Assembly (NCBI GenBank): GCA_041744275.1
Contig: JBGTLD010000013.1
Location: 16,470 to 80,469, forward strand
From: Candidatus Saccharimonadales bacterium
Lineage (GTDB): Bacteria > Patescibacteriota > Saccharimonadia > Saccharimonadales > JBGTLD01
Direction of reading: 5' to 3'
DNA: 64,000 bases
The notes below the pieces were generated by a model that saw only the letters and a list, made by a program, of their open reading frames with translations, was not told the origin of the DNA and made no database searches. Positions within the stretch are counted from its first letter, which is position 1, and the number at the start of each line of letters is the position of its first letter. Made by a program: the position numbers and the translations under genes. This document shows positions 29,794 to 38,475 of the stretch, piece after piece.

Positions 29794-30530
29794 TAGGCTA
29801 GTTTTTCAAGTACAGTATCGTTTATCTCAAAATTAGTATGGATAGTACCGACGTCTTCAATTGCATCAAGCGCGTCCATCATGCGCATGATTTTTCCAGC
29901 TGTCGACTCATCACTGATTTCCACAGTATTCTGTGGCACAAAAGTCAGCTCAGCTTCAGTTAGTTCTATTCCTTGTTCTTTCAGCGTGTCTCGCACCCTT
30001 GCAAGTTCCTTAGGGTTTGTATACACAAGTGAATCGCCATCTTCATCCTGGATATCCTCCGCACCTGCATCCAGTAACTGCAACATTAACTCATCTCCAG
30101 ACCCTTTAACACGGATCATCCCCTTTTGATCAAACTGAAAAGCCACCGCACCCTTTTCAGCAATACTCCCACCGTGTTTACTAAAAGCTAAACGGACCTC
30201 AGGGTATGTTCTATTCACATTATCGGTTGCAGCCTCGACAATAACCCCTACCCCACCTGGACCATAGCCTTCGTACAGTACTTCTTGAATTTGCTCGCCA
30301 CCAAGCTTTCCAGAACCACGGTCAATCGCTCGCTGGATGTTATTTGCGGGCATATTTGCAGCCTTAGCCCTATCAATTGCAAGCCGTAACGTAAAATTCA
30401 TATCAGGATCAGCGCCAGCTTTTGCCGCTACTGCAATTGCGTTTCCATGCTTTGTAAACACAACACCACGCTTTGCGTCTTCTATAGCCTTACCTCTATG
30501 AATTTTTGCCCATTTTGAATGTCCAGCCAA
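29793..30530 (-). CDS. yebC: YebC/PmpR family protein
   Basis: MAGHSKW and YEGYGPGGV motifs; TTG start. Confidence 0.95.
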   Translation of the reverse strand: MAGHSKWAKIHRGKAIEDAKRGVVFTKHGNAIAVAAKAGADPDMNFTLRLAIDRAKAANMPANNIQRAIDRGSGKLGGEQIQEVLYEGYGPGGVGVIVEAATDNVNRTYPEVRLAFSKHGGSIAEKGAVAFQFDQKGMIRVKGSGDELMLQLLDAGAEDIQDEDGDSLVYTNPKELARVRDTLKEQGIELTEAELTFVPQNTVEISDESTAGKIMRMMDALDAIEDVGTIHTNFEINDTVLEKLA

Positions 30531-30699
30531 ACCTTGTTCTCCTACTTACACCAAACTTATATCTGTTATTGTACCATTTATCGGATATTCACAATATGGA
30601 TGCAGCTTGCATTGCTTAGAAACTTTGTATTTGCAACAACAGGGGTAATAAAGTATAATCTTACGGTCTGGCTACCATTGTTGCTACATGATATGACTT

Positions 30700-30776
30700 G
30701 GGTCCATAGCTCAGCCGGTTAGAGCACCTGCCTTTTAAGCAGGGTGTCGTGGGTTCGAGTCCCACTGGACCCTCCA
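30700..30776 (+). tRNA. tRNA-Lys(TTT)
   Basis: GGGTCCATAGCTCAGCCGGTTAGAGC...CTTTTAA...GGTTCGAGTCCC...ACCCTCCA. Confidence 0.95.
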
Positions 30777-31008
30777 AATAATGTACCTCACCTTGTGTGG
30801 GGTATTTTATTTGGTAGTTTTAGCGGACTCGAACCCGGGAGGGCGAAATATGCCGGTGGCATATTGAGTTTTCATTGCTTGGCCACCTTGCACGCTGCCT
30901 GCAGCTTGTGCAGGTGCATGATAACTCGAGTCCCACTGGACCCTCCATATAAAAACACCTACCTCGCCGTAGGTGTTTTTATATGGGATGTTTAATAGAC
31001 TCGAACCC
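30777..31008 (+). repeat. tRNA-Lys-linked element with a 22-bp duplicate of the tRNA 3' end plus the start of a second unit
   Basis: TCGAGTCCCACTGGACCCTCCA at 30755-30776 and 30926-30947; each copy is followed by a hairpin and GACTCGAACCC. Confidence 0.85.
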
Positions 31009-31079
31009 GAGGTGAAAAAGACTTAACTCTAAGATCTAGATTAGTTAGGAAGCATATAAGCCGCTATACTAGTTATTGC

Positions 31080-31940
31080 ATGAATAAATTACTATCATTA
31101 CTTGTATTATCAATTTTCACTATTGCTTTGGTTCCGTCCATAGTTTTTGCGGCTAAGCCTGTAAACGGCGGCGGTAGCCCAACACCAACTACTGAAATGG
31201 TAGGATATGATATTTCTTACCCACAATGCGGCAGAAGGTTGCCAACTGATCATTTTTTTGGAATTGTTGGTGTAAATGGTGGTACAGCAGCTGTGCCAAA
31301 CAACTGTTTAGCAGACCAGCTCGTCTGGGCTAACAAGGCAAAATTGGGCTCAAAGCAGCCACGAGTTCAGCTATATGTGAACACAGCTAATCCAGGGGAA
31401 GTTATAAATCAGATAGCTACGTGGCCTGCTACCTCGACTGACAGTAGCGGCAATATACCAGTCAATCCTTACGGTGCCTGTAATGGCGCTAATGACAGAG
31501 CTTGCTCATGGTTGTACGGTTGGAATCGCTCAATCTATACTGAAGGCGTGTTTAAGAACGCAGCAAACAGTAAGGGGCTGAACTCAAACACAGCAGATTA
31601 TGTCTGGTGGCTAGACGTTGAAACCATGAATACTTGGCAGTCTGGTGGCAACGAAGCACTTATTCGCAACACTGCTGCGATTGAAGGCTTTGGTGCTTAC
31701 TACAAGTCCAAAGGTGCAACTATAGGTCTGTACTCAACAGCCTATCAGTGGGGCGTAATTACCGGTAACAACATCAGTGAAGATAGTATTCTGAATACCT
31801 TGCCTAACTGGCGACCAAGTGGTGCAAGTCTTTCAAATGCAAAAGCCAACTGTACTGTTGCACCGCTAACACCTGGTGGTTTCATTTCTCTGACTCAGTA
31901 CGTTGTCAAGAACCTAGACCACAACCATTCTTGCGTGTAG
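31080..31940 (+). CDS. Secreted GH25/DUF1906-like glycoside hydrolase
   Basis: Signal peptide; GYDISYPQC, WWLDVE, GLYST..QW motifs. Confidence 0.65.
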   Translation: MNKLLSLLVLSIFTIALVPSIVFAAKPVNGGGSPTPTTEMVGYDISYPQCGRRLPTDHFFGIVGVNGGTAAVPNNCLADQLVWANKAKLGSKQPRVQLYVNTANPGEVINQIATWPATSTDSSGNIPVNPYGACNGANDRACSWLYGWNRSIYTEGVFKNAANSKGLNSNTADYVWWLDVETMNTWQSGGNEALIRNTAAIEGFGAYYKSKGATIGLYSTAYQWGVITGNNISEDSILNTLPNWRPSGASLSNAKANCTVAPLTPGGFISLTQYVVKNLDHNHSCV

Positions 31941-32054
31941 TTTTCTATAGTCTTGCAATAAGAGACGGTTGTTGTTCGTTGATTTAGTAGTCTGTCGCTG
32001 CGCCTTAAAGGGTAAAGATCCGCCTAATTGTATTTTTTTTCGCTGACACGTTTA

Positions 32055-32543
32055 TTATTTACCATGCTTAGCTGATTTGTCTGGTCTTTTGTAGAAACTT
32101 TGATACAGCACAAGCAGTACGAGCAAGCACGAGACCCCAACAATAACGTCTTGTGATTGTCTAAGCAAATCACCTGGTGCAGTTGCAAATATCTCTTGCT
32201 GCAACGGGCTTGGTAGTATGGGTAGTGCTAGCACTGCAAATAACAGACCGCTACTAATGATAGGGAGCAAGTGCAACAATGCTTTCGATGCAGGAACAGT
32301 CTTTCGAAGGACAAACATCGTTATGAGTATTGGTGTCGTAAGCACCAATACTTGGCTCATAAGAGGTACGTTTGCAGATGGCACGAACGCACTGATTGCA
32401 AATGCGACGTCGTCGCTTAGAAATCGTACAAGAAGGTCACCTATAAGAATACTCAGCATCAAAAAAACCACGTGCACACGAAACATAAATGCCACTAAAA
32501 TAGGTAGCGCAACGAGGCTCGCAAGAATTACGATTGGAAGCAT
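32055..32543 (-). CDS. Hypothetical multi-TM membrane protein
   Basis: 162 aa, about 5 hydrophobic helices. Confidence 0.7.
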   Translation of the reverse strand: MLPIVILASLVALPILVAFMFRVHVVFLMLSILIGDLLVRFLSDDVAFAISAFVPSANVPLMSQVLVLTTPILITMFVLRKTVPASKALLHLLPIISSGLLFAVLALPILPSPLQQEIFATAPGDLLRQSQDVIVGVSCLLVLLVLYQSFYKRPDKSAKHGK

Positions 32544-32578
32544 AAGCTCATAATATCAGTATTATCGGTAAACAACAG

Positions 32579-33067
32579 CTACAATTGCGCTTCGAACGTG
32601 TCGCCAAGTTTGATTCGGTTTTTATCCGCAACACCCGCAGCTATCTCTACGACGTATTGGGCGGGCTTATCTGGACAATATACTTCTTCTGGTGGAGTAT
32701 CTGGCGGTGCATTTTTTACTTCATGCACTAAGGTGCGGTTTTCGTCGAACCACAGGATGTCTATATTGAAGTTCATATCCCGCATCACAATACAGTGGTT
32801 AACACTCGGCTCATCGAACACAAACAATAGTGCGTCCGTCTCTGGAAGACTCGGGCGCCCAGACAGTCCCCTTATTCGAGATTCTAGCGTACTGGCAATT
32901 TCAAAATTAAAATAACCTTCACCAATTCTGCCAATTTGAGTCTGGTCAGTTATTTGCGCTGATGGCTCAGGATTGCTTGCTGGTCGCGCAAACGCGAACA
33001 AACCGACAAGCATGAACGCCATCGCTACCACAAACCCTAAGAGTAGTTTTTCCTTACGCCCCAACAC
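32579..33067 (-). CDS. DUF192 family protein
   Basis: RIRGLSGR, LLFVF, DILW and YVVEIAAG motifs. Confidence 0.88.
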   Translation of the reverse strand: MLGRKEKLLLGFVVAMAFMLVGLFAFARPASNPEPSAQITDQTQIGRIGEGYFNFEIASTLESRIRGLSGRPSLPETDALLFVFDEPSVNHCIVMRDMNFNIDILWFDENRTLVHEVKNAPPDTPPEEVYCPDKPAQYVVEIAAGVADKNRIKLGDTFEAQL

Positions 33068-33953
33068 GGTCTTTTCGTCGTTTACCCTTTGAGTTCTGTT
33101 CTACATATTCAACGATCTTGCTTGCAACATTACGCCCTGTCACAGACTCAATACCTTCAAGACCAGGTGCTGAGTTAACTTCTAGTACTAATGGACCTCG
33201 GTTAGATTGGATCATATCGACACCACACACTGATAGACCCATTGCTTTCGCTGCTTTTAGCGTCATTTTACGCTCTTCATCAGTTAACTTTACAGGCGTA
33301 CCAGTTCCACCTTGATGTATGTTTGATCTAAAGTCATCATCAAGGCTTTTTCGCTCCATGCTTGCAACCACTTGGTTTCCAATAACAAATGCACGGATGT
33401 CACTTCCTTGAGCCTCTTCAATGTATTCTTGTATCAAAAAGCTCGTATCGTTCACATAAAAGGCTTGGACCACAGACTTTGCTGCTTTACGTGTTTCGGC
33501 AAGTACGACACCGTTTCCTTGCGTTCCGGACGCAAGTTTAATAATCACTGGTGTTCCAAGGTGGTTTAAAAGGTCGTCAACCTGGTCAGTCTCGCGTGAA
33601 AATATCGTTTTAGGAATACCCACACCACTCTTACTGAGTAGTTGCATTGAGCGAAGTTTATCTCGCGAACGGCTTATCGCAATAGATTTCGACGGCGTGT
33701 AAACACCCATCATCTCAAACTGGCGTACTATAGCTGAACCATACGTTGTCATGCCAGGTAATATACGAGGAATAACTGCGTCCAAGCCATTTAAAGTTTC
33801 TCCACGGTACTGAACCTCTGGCTTATCTTGTTCAATTTCTACATAACACTCAGGGTACTTAATAATCACCACTTCGTGACCACGAGTCTCAGCCTCTTCA
33901 CGTAGTCGTTTTACGGTGTAGCCAGGCTCCCGTGTTAAAATTCCTATTTTCAT
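33054..33953 (-). CDS. rimK: RimK family alpha-L-glutamate ligase
   Basis: SRDKLRSMQLL, GTQGNGV, IQEYIEEA, FRSNIHQGG and LEVNSAPGLEGIE motifs. Confidence 0.93.
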   Translation of the reverse strand: MKIGILTREPGYTVKRLREEAETRGHEVVIIKYPECYVEIEQDKPEVQYRGETLNGLDAVIPRILPGMTTYGSAIVRQFEMMGVYTPSKSIAISRSRDKLRSMQLLSKSGVGIPKTIFSRETDQVDDLLNHLGTPVIIKLASGTQGNGVVLAETRKAAKSVVQAFYVNDTSFLIQEYIEEAQGSDIRAFVIGNQVVASMERKSLDDDFRSNIHQGGTGTPVKLTDEERKMTLKAAKAMGLSVCGVDMIQSNRGPLVLEVNSAPGLEGIESVTGRNVASKIVEYVEQNSKGKRRKDRVGA

Positions 33954-34858
33954 TGGTTACTCCTTTGCTCAGCGACTAAATACGCAGCGAGGCTTTCTAG
34001 TTTTTTATCGGCGTCAACGCCAGATGTTAACTGCGGGATAGCATTAACTTCCAGACAGCTATATCCACATGAGGCTGAAGCATCAGGAATGAAATCAATG
34101 CCAGCAAGCTCTCTGTTCATAACACTACATATCTTCTCAGCTTCGGTCAATAGTGACGATGGAACTTCATCGAGTGCGAGCCATACCGCAGACCCACCTT
34201 GCGACGTATTATTCAAATGCGTGTTTGCGCCTGCAGAACGACTACGCTTCAGTATCTTTGCAGGTTTGCCGCCAAAGCAAATGACACGTAAATCATGATC
34301 GTTTTCTAAAAAGGGCTGAATCAAAATTGGTGTTCCCTCGGCAGCCTTACTCATAACTTCATCAAATGTATGTACGAAATAGTTAAACTCTCCTCTACTA
34401 GCTGCAGCAGCTTTTACGACTACAGGAAGCGTAATGTCTGTTTTTTGTAATAGAGATGTATCCATATAAAAAACTGTATCCGGAACTGAAATATTGGCCA
34501 AAGCAAGTTCTACCATACAAGATAACTTAGACACCGATCTTTGATGTGCCATTTCGCTGTTCCAAAACGGTATGTCATGATGCCGTAAGTACAGTGCCAA
34601 ACTATATGCTACATCCCGATAATAGGACTTTGAGCCGGTTTTATACCAGCCGAGTGCCACAACGAGCTCAGCTTCATAATCAGCTATACGTACCGTACCA
34701 GCCGAGACATGCACTTCACTTGTTTTAATCGTAAACGATAGATCTTCCCAGAATATGACCATAGTATCTACGCCATTGTTTCGTAGTGAATCCGCGAGCA
34801 CAGTAGGGTTATTCTTGCTCCCACTGTCTTTAGACCCGATTATCAGTATTCGCTTCAT
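33950..34858 (-). CDS. Divergent RimK-like ATP-grasp ligase
   Basis: SKL, VVK..SRG, IQPFLENDHDLRV, NNTSQGG, AGID and LEVNAIP motifs. Confidence 0.85.
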   Translation of the reverse strand: MKRILIIGSKDSGSKNNPTVLADSLRNNGVDTMVIFWEDLSFTIKTSEVHVSAGTVRIADYEAELVVALGWYKTGSKSYYRDVAYSLALYLRHHDIPFWNSEMAHQRSVSKLSCMVELALANISVPDTVFYMDTSLLQKTDITLPVVVKAAAASRGEFNYFVHTFDEVMSKAAEGTPILIQPFLENDHDLRVICFGGKPAKILKRSRSAGANTHLNNTSQGGSAVWLALDEVPSSLLTEAEKICSVMNRELAGIDFIPDASASCGYSCLEVNAIPQLTSGVDADKKLESLAAYLVAEQRSNQ

Positions 34859-35988
34859 GTGAGTATCTTCCTTCCTTCAATAATAGCAACGAAATCATCG
34901 TAACGTATCTCGTTTTCTGAGAGTGCGTTCCAAACAGCAATATTACCCTCAAAGTACGCAATATCTTTCAAGTACACAGCACCAGCTACATCCGGCCTGC
35001 CACCTCGGAACACTCGAACACATTCATTAAATGCGACGTCTTTTGATCCGCTCTCATTATATTTACTTACAATGCATATGCATCGCCACAGGATTTCATA
35101 CACTTGCCGAAAATCTAAAGGCGTTCCGTGTACTCCCCAGCCTAATGCAGCAGCTAAATATCTGAACGATCGTCTGTATCCAAATTTATTGCCTAGTAGT
35201 TGCTCGAGTAAAATCGCGAACCCCTCGCTTTCTCGCAGCCCAAACACCCCTGATCTATTGGCGTGTCCATATAGTTCATGAGCTACGATCCTTTGTGCTG
35301 ACATACTTGTCCTTGCTGGGTATTGCGACCCTACAATTACTTCTTTTTCTGTTCTAAAAATTGAAGCACTAAGTACACTATCTTGCACTAAAAGCTTCCA
35401 GCCCTTTTTGTCTAGTTTACTCTCCGCTAATCCTTGTTCAAAAAGTGTCACTAAGTCTCCGCTTGTTTTTTCAAAAAGCCACCCAGCATACTGCTTAAAG
35501 TGTCCCTGTAAACATAAAAATGTATTATGGTCTGGCTCGAATATATCTTGATCTCCTTCAAAATTCATTGGTGCCAGTGTCTCTTCGATATGCATCCAGT
35601 ACTGTTTCTTCTTTATGTCCGAATTGTTGTCAACTACTGCTTTTACGTACGACAAAATTGCCAGCATATTGCTGAGGGTTGGCACGCCGTACATTTCACT
35701 GTTTGCATTTTGAAATCTTTGAAGTGATGTTTCGCTAGGCTCGACTTGCAACTGCACTGCGCTGTTAATCAACTCACGAGTTTTGGTTTCTGGCACTATT
35801 TCAGGAGACTTCTCGGTAAATTGTGCCCCGTATGTAAATTTTGGAATGTAAGAGTCGTCGTTTAAGAATACTGTTTTTTCTTGAACAGCGTTTTGTATGG
35901 TAAAAATGCGGTATGAGTCATATAGCTTCATGAATACGTTGCCTGTAGCAGGTTTGACAAACCAACACCTAAATTTGTGTTGGTCCAT
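34855..35988 (-). CDS. DUF1704/MATCAP-like metallocarboxypeptidase
   Basis: HELYGH (HExxxH), SEGFA (cf. E/QEGLA), RVFRG and KDIAYFEG motifs; TATAAT 8 nt upstream supports the start. Confidence 0.75.
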   Translation of the reverse strand: MDQHKFRCWFVKPATGNVFMKLYDSYRIFTIQNAVQEKTVFLNDDSYIPKFTYGAQFTEKSPEIVPETKTRELINSAVQLQVEPSETSLQRFQNANSEMYGVPTLSNMLAILSYVKAVVDNNSDIKKKQYWMHIEETLAPMNFEGDQDIFEPDHNTFLCLQGHFKQYAGWLFEKTSGDLVTLFEQGLAESKLDKKGWKLLVQDSVLSASIFRTEKEVIVGSQYPARTSMSAQRIVAHELYGHANRSGVFGLRESEGFAILLEQLLGNKFGYRRSFRYLAAALGWGVHGTPLDFRQVYEILWRCICIVSKYNESGSKDVAFNECVRVFRGGRPDVAGAVYLKDIAYFEGNIAVWNALSENEIRYDDFVAIIEGRKILT

Positions 35989-36026
35989 ATATACTAATTA
36001 TATCATATAATAGCAAGTATTGTCAA

Positions 36027-36146
36027 TTATCCTTGTGCGTTTTTAATCCTTACGTACGCAAAGCCAACAGCGAGTATGATAATAATAAATAACAGCAAGA
36101 CCATTGTAATAAACCCTTGCTCATCAGATTTTTTTGATTTTTTCAT
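36027..36146 (-). CDS. 39-aa mini prepilin-like peptide (not in ORF track)
   Basis: Manual translation MKKSKKSDEQG/FITMVLLLFIIIILAVGFAYVRIKNAQG. Confidence 0.65.
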   Translation of the reverse strand: MKKSKKSDEQGFITMVLLLFIIIILAVGFAYVRIKNAQG

Positions 36147-36256
36147 GCTTCATTAAATTATCTATGAACAAAAGCAGTTTGTATAGTCCAACAGCACAAA
36201 TAATTTGCATTAAATAATTGCTGGTATGCATTATTTGTTGTATAATTATTTTTTGT

Positions 36257-37132
36257 ATGGAAAAAGATCAACTACCAAACGATAACATATACGGAATGAG
36301 TGCTGAACAAGAAGCCCTCTATTATAAGTACAGGGCCGAGCGGGCCGAAGATGAGAATGCAGTGCTTCTTAATGATATACATAATCTTAAGGAGAAAAAT
36401 GATAACTTAGAAGAAGAAAACCGTAGGCTTCGTGACGATTCCGCAAAATTGGGCTACCTTGTAGCTAGACAAAATATTGAAATTACCGAGCTCATTGATA
36501 AGGCTCATACAGATGAATTAACGGGCTTGTCTAATAGGCGACAACTAAATGAGACGCTATCAAAATATTTTGAGTATGCTGCCTCCGGTCACGTGGCTCC
36601 TGGACTGATGTACGTAGATCTAAACAACTTTAAGATTGTAAACGATATGCTAGGTCATGAATTTGGTGATCACCTTTTGACTATCGTGAGCGATCTATTA
36701 GTCACCAGCCTACGCGTGAGGGCAGAAGATGACGACAGAGAACACGGCACCCACAAAGACGTTGTATCTATAAAATCACAACCAGCGAATAATGAGGCTC
36801 TTATTGGGCGTGAGGGCGGTGATGAATTTGTTATTGCGGTTGATCTAGGCCCATCCGATGCTGAAACTGGACCAATACACAGAGACTACCTAGAAAAAAT
36901 ACGCATTAGAATTATAGAAAACTTTGAAAGCATGCTAGAAGAACTTGATCTGGAAATCATCGTAGATGGACTGGAGACTACACTCGGAGCGTTCCTAGCA
37001 GATATCAAATTTGGATTATCGATAGGTGTTAGTGTATACGATCGATACGAAAGTTTGTTAGAACTGAAAAAAAGAGCAGAAGAAGATATGTACGATCAGA
37101 AGAAAAAGTCTAAAATTACCCTAGCCAAATAA
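36257..37132 (+). CDS. Coiled-coil GGDEF diguanylate cyclase
   Basis: TDELTGLSNRR, DLNNFKIVND.LGH..GD, REGGDEF and SIGVS motifs; start at ATG 36257 after TATAAT. Confidence 0.88.
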   Translation: MEKDQLPNDNIYGMSAEQEALYYKYRAERAEDENAVLLNDIHNLKEKNDNLEEENRRLRDDSAKLGYLVARQNIEITELIDKAHTDELTGLSNRRQLNETLSKYFEYAASGHVAPGLMYVDLNNFKIVNDMLGHEFGDHLLTIVSDLLVTSLRVRAEDDDREHGTHKDVVSIKSQPANNEALIGREGGDEFVIAVDLGPSDAETGPIHRDYLEKIRIRIIENFESMLEELDLEIIVDGLETTLGAFLADIKFGLSIGVSVYDRYESLLELKKRAEEDMYDQKKKSKITLAK

Positions 37133-38215
37133 GCCCCGTTTGCCGCTTGAGTTAAATTGCTGCAGTAACTCCTTTTGCTGCTTTGTGAGCTTGGTTGGTG
37201 TCTCTACGTGAATCGTTACAATATGCGAGCCGCGGGTCTCACGCTTAAGGTGGGGCACACCGTGGTTAGAAAGTTTAAAGTCGGTGCCGCTCTGGGTGCC
37301 GGCCGGAATCTTCATGGTGACTGGTCCATCAACGGTATCTACATCAATTTCGGTACCAAGTGCAGCATCAACCATGCCAAGTGTTTCTTCACTCAAAATT
37401 AAGTCACCTTCACGGGTAAACTTCTTGTGTGGCTTTACTCGAAGGTTAACGTATAAGTCACCTTTTGGTCCATTTGCCATAGCTTCGCCATGTTCGCGGA
37501 GTCGGATTGTAGAGCCGTCATCAATACCTGCGGGGATCTTTAGCTTAACCTTCTGGTTCTTTCTCTGCGTGCCCTTTCCGCTGCAAACACTGCAAACTTT
37601 TTCTGGTACTTTACCGCGACCCGAGCACGATGGACACACGGTAGCTTGCTGGATGTTACCAAAAATAGTTTTTGTAACACTTACAACCTGTCCGCTTCCC
37701 TTACACATATCGCAAGTTTTTAGCTCATGACCTGGTTCAACGGTTGAGCCCTTGCAGTGTTCGCAGTTATCATCAATATTGAGGCTGATCTCTGTTTCTG
37801 TACCAAAGACAGCTTGCTCAAAACTTATTTCTAGGTTGGCCTCAATGTCGCGACCACGAGACTGACGAGATTGCCTTTGGTTGCCGCCACCAAAAAAACT
37901 ACCAAAGATATCGCCCAGTCCTAGATCGCCAAAATCAAAGTTAATATTCTGACCTTGACCGCTGAAACCCTCGAAAGGGTTACCGCCGCCAGAAGCACCG
38001 CCAACTCCAGCATGACCGAATTGGTCGTAGCGTTGACGTTTCCCGGAGTCTTTTAGAACTTCATAGGCTTCATTTATCTCTTTAAACTTCGACTCGTCAC
38101 CACCCTCTTTGTCTGGGTGGTGTTGCACGGCAAGTCGGCGGAAGGCTTTTTTGAGCTCATCCGCACTTGCACCCTTGCCTACTCCTAAAACTTCATAGTA
38201 ATCACGCTTCGCCAT
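37121..38215 (-). CDS. dnaJ: Chaperone DnaJ
   Basis: J domain HPD, G/F region, four CxxCxGxx repeats. Confidence 0.98.
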   Translation of the reverse strand: MAKRDYYEVLGVGKGASADELKKAFRRLAVQHHPDKEGGDESKFKEINEAYEVLKDSGKRQRYDQFGHAGVGGASGGGNPFEGFSGQGQNINFDFGDLGLGDIFGSFFGGGNQRQSRQSRGRDIEANLEISFEQAVFGTETEISLNIDDNCEHCKGSTVEPGHELKTCDMCKGSGQVVSVTKTIFGNIQQATVCPSCSGRGKVPEKVCSVCSGKGTQRKNQKVKLKIPAGIDDGSTIRLREHGEAMANGPKGDLYVNLRVKPHKKFTREGDLILSEETLGMVDAALGTEIDVDTVDGPVTMKIPAGTQSGTDFKLSNHGVPHLKRETRGSHIVTIHVETPTKLTKQQKELLQQFNSSGKRGLFG

Positions 38216-38474
38216 TGTGTAGTCTTTCTATGATACCTTGCTCGCACATTTCTTGTGCTTGTAATGCGTCCTGTGGAGATATTCCATATCTTTGAGATAT
38301 GTCTTCAAGTATATCTTCATGATCTATATTTTCAAGAAATCCCTGAGACACTTCATAGGTGTCACCTAGAATAAGCCACTCGAGTGAACCCCTCAGCATT
38401 CGATCGTTTGCAGCTTCAAAAATTGCAATCTTGGTAAAGGCGTCCTTACTTACTCTTTTCTCAGGTAGACTCAT
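38202..38474 (-). CDS. Hypothetical protein between dnaK and dnaJ
   Basis: ATG (MSLPEK) directly after the dnaK stop; overlaps the dnaJ start. Confidence 0.6.
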   Translation of the reverse strand: MSLPEKRVSKDAFTKIAIFEAANDRMLRGSLEWLILGDTYEVSQGFLENIDHEDILEDISQRYGISPQDALQAQEMCEQGIIERLHNGEA

Positions 38475-38475
38475 A

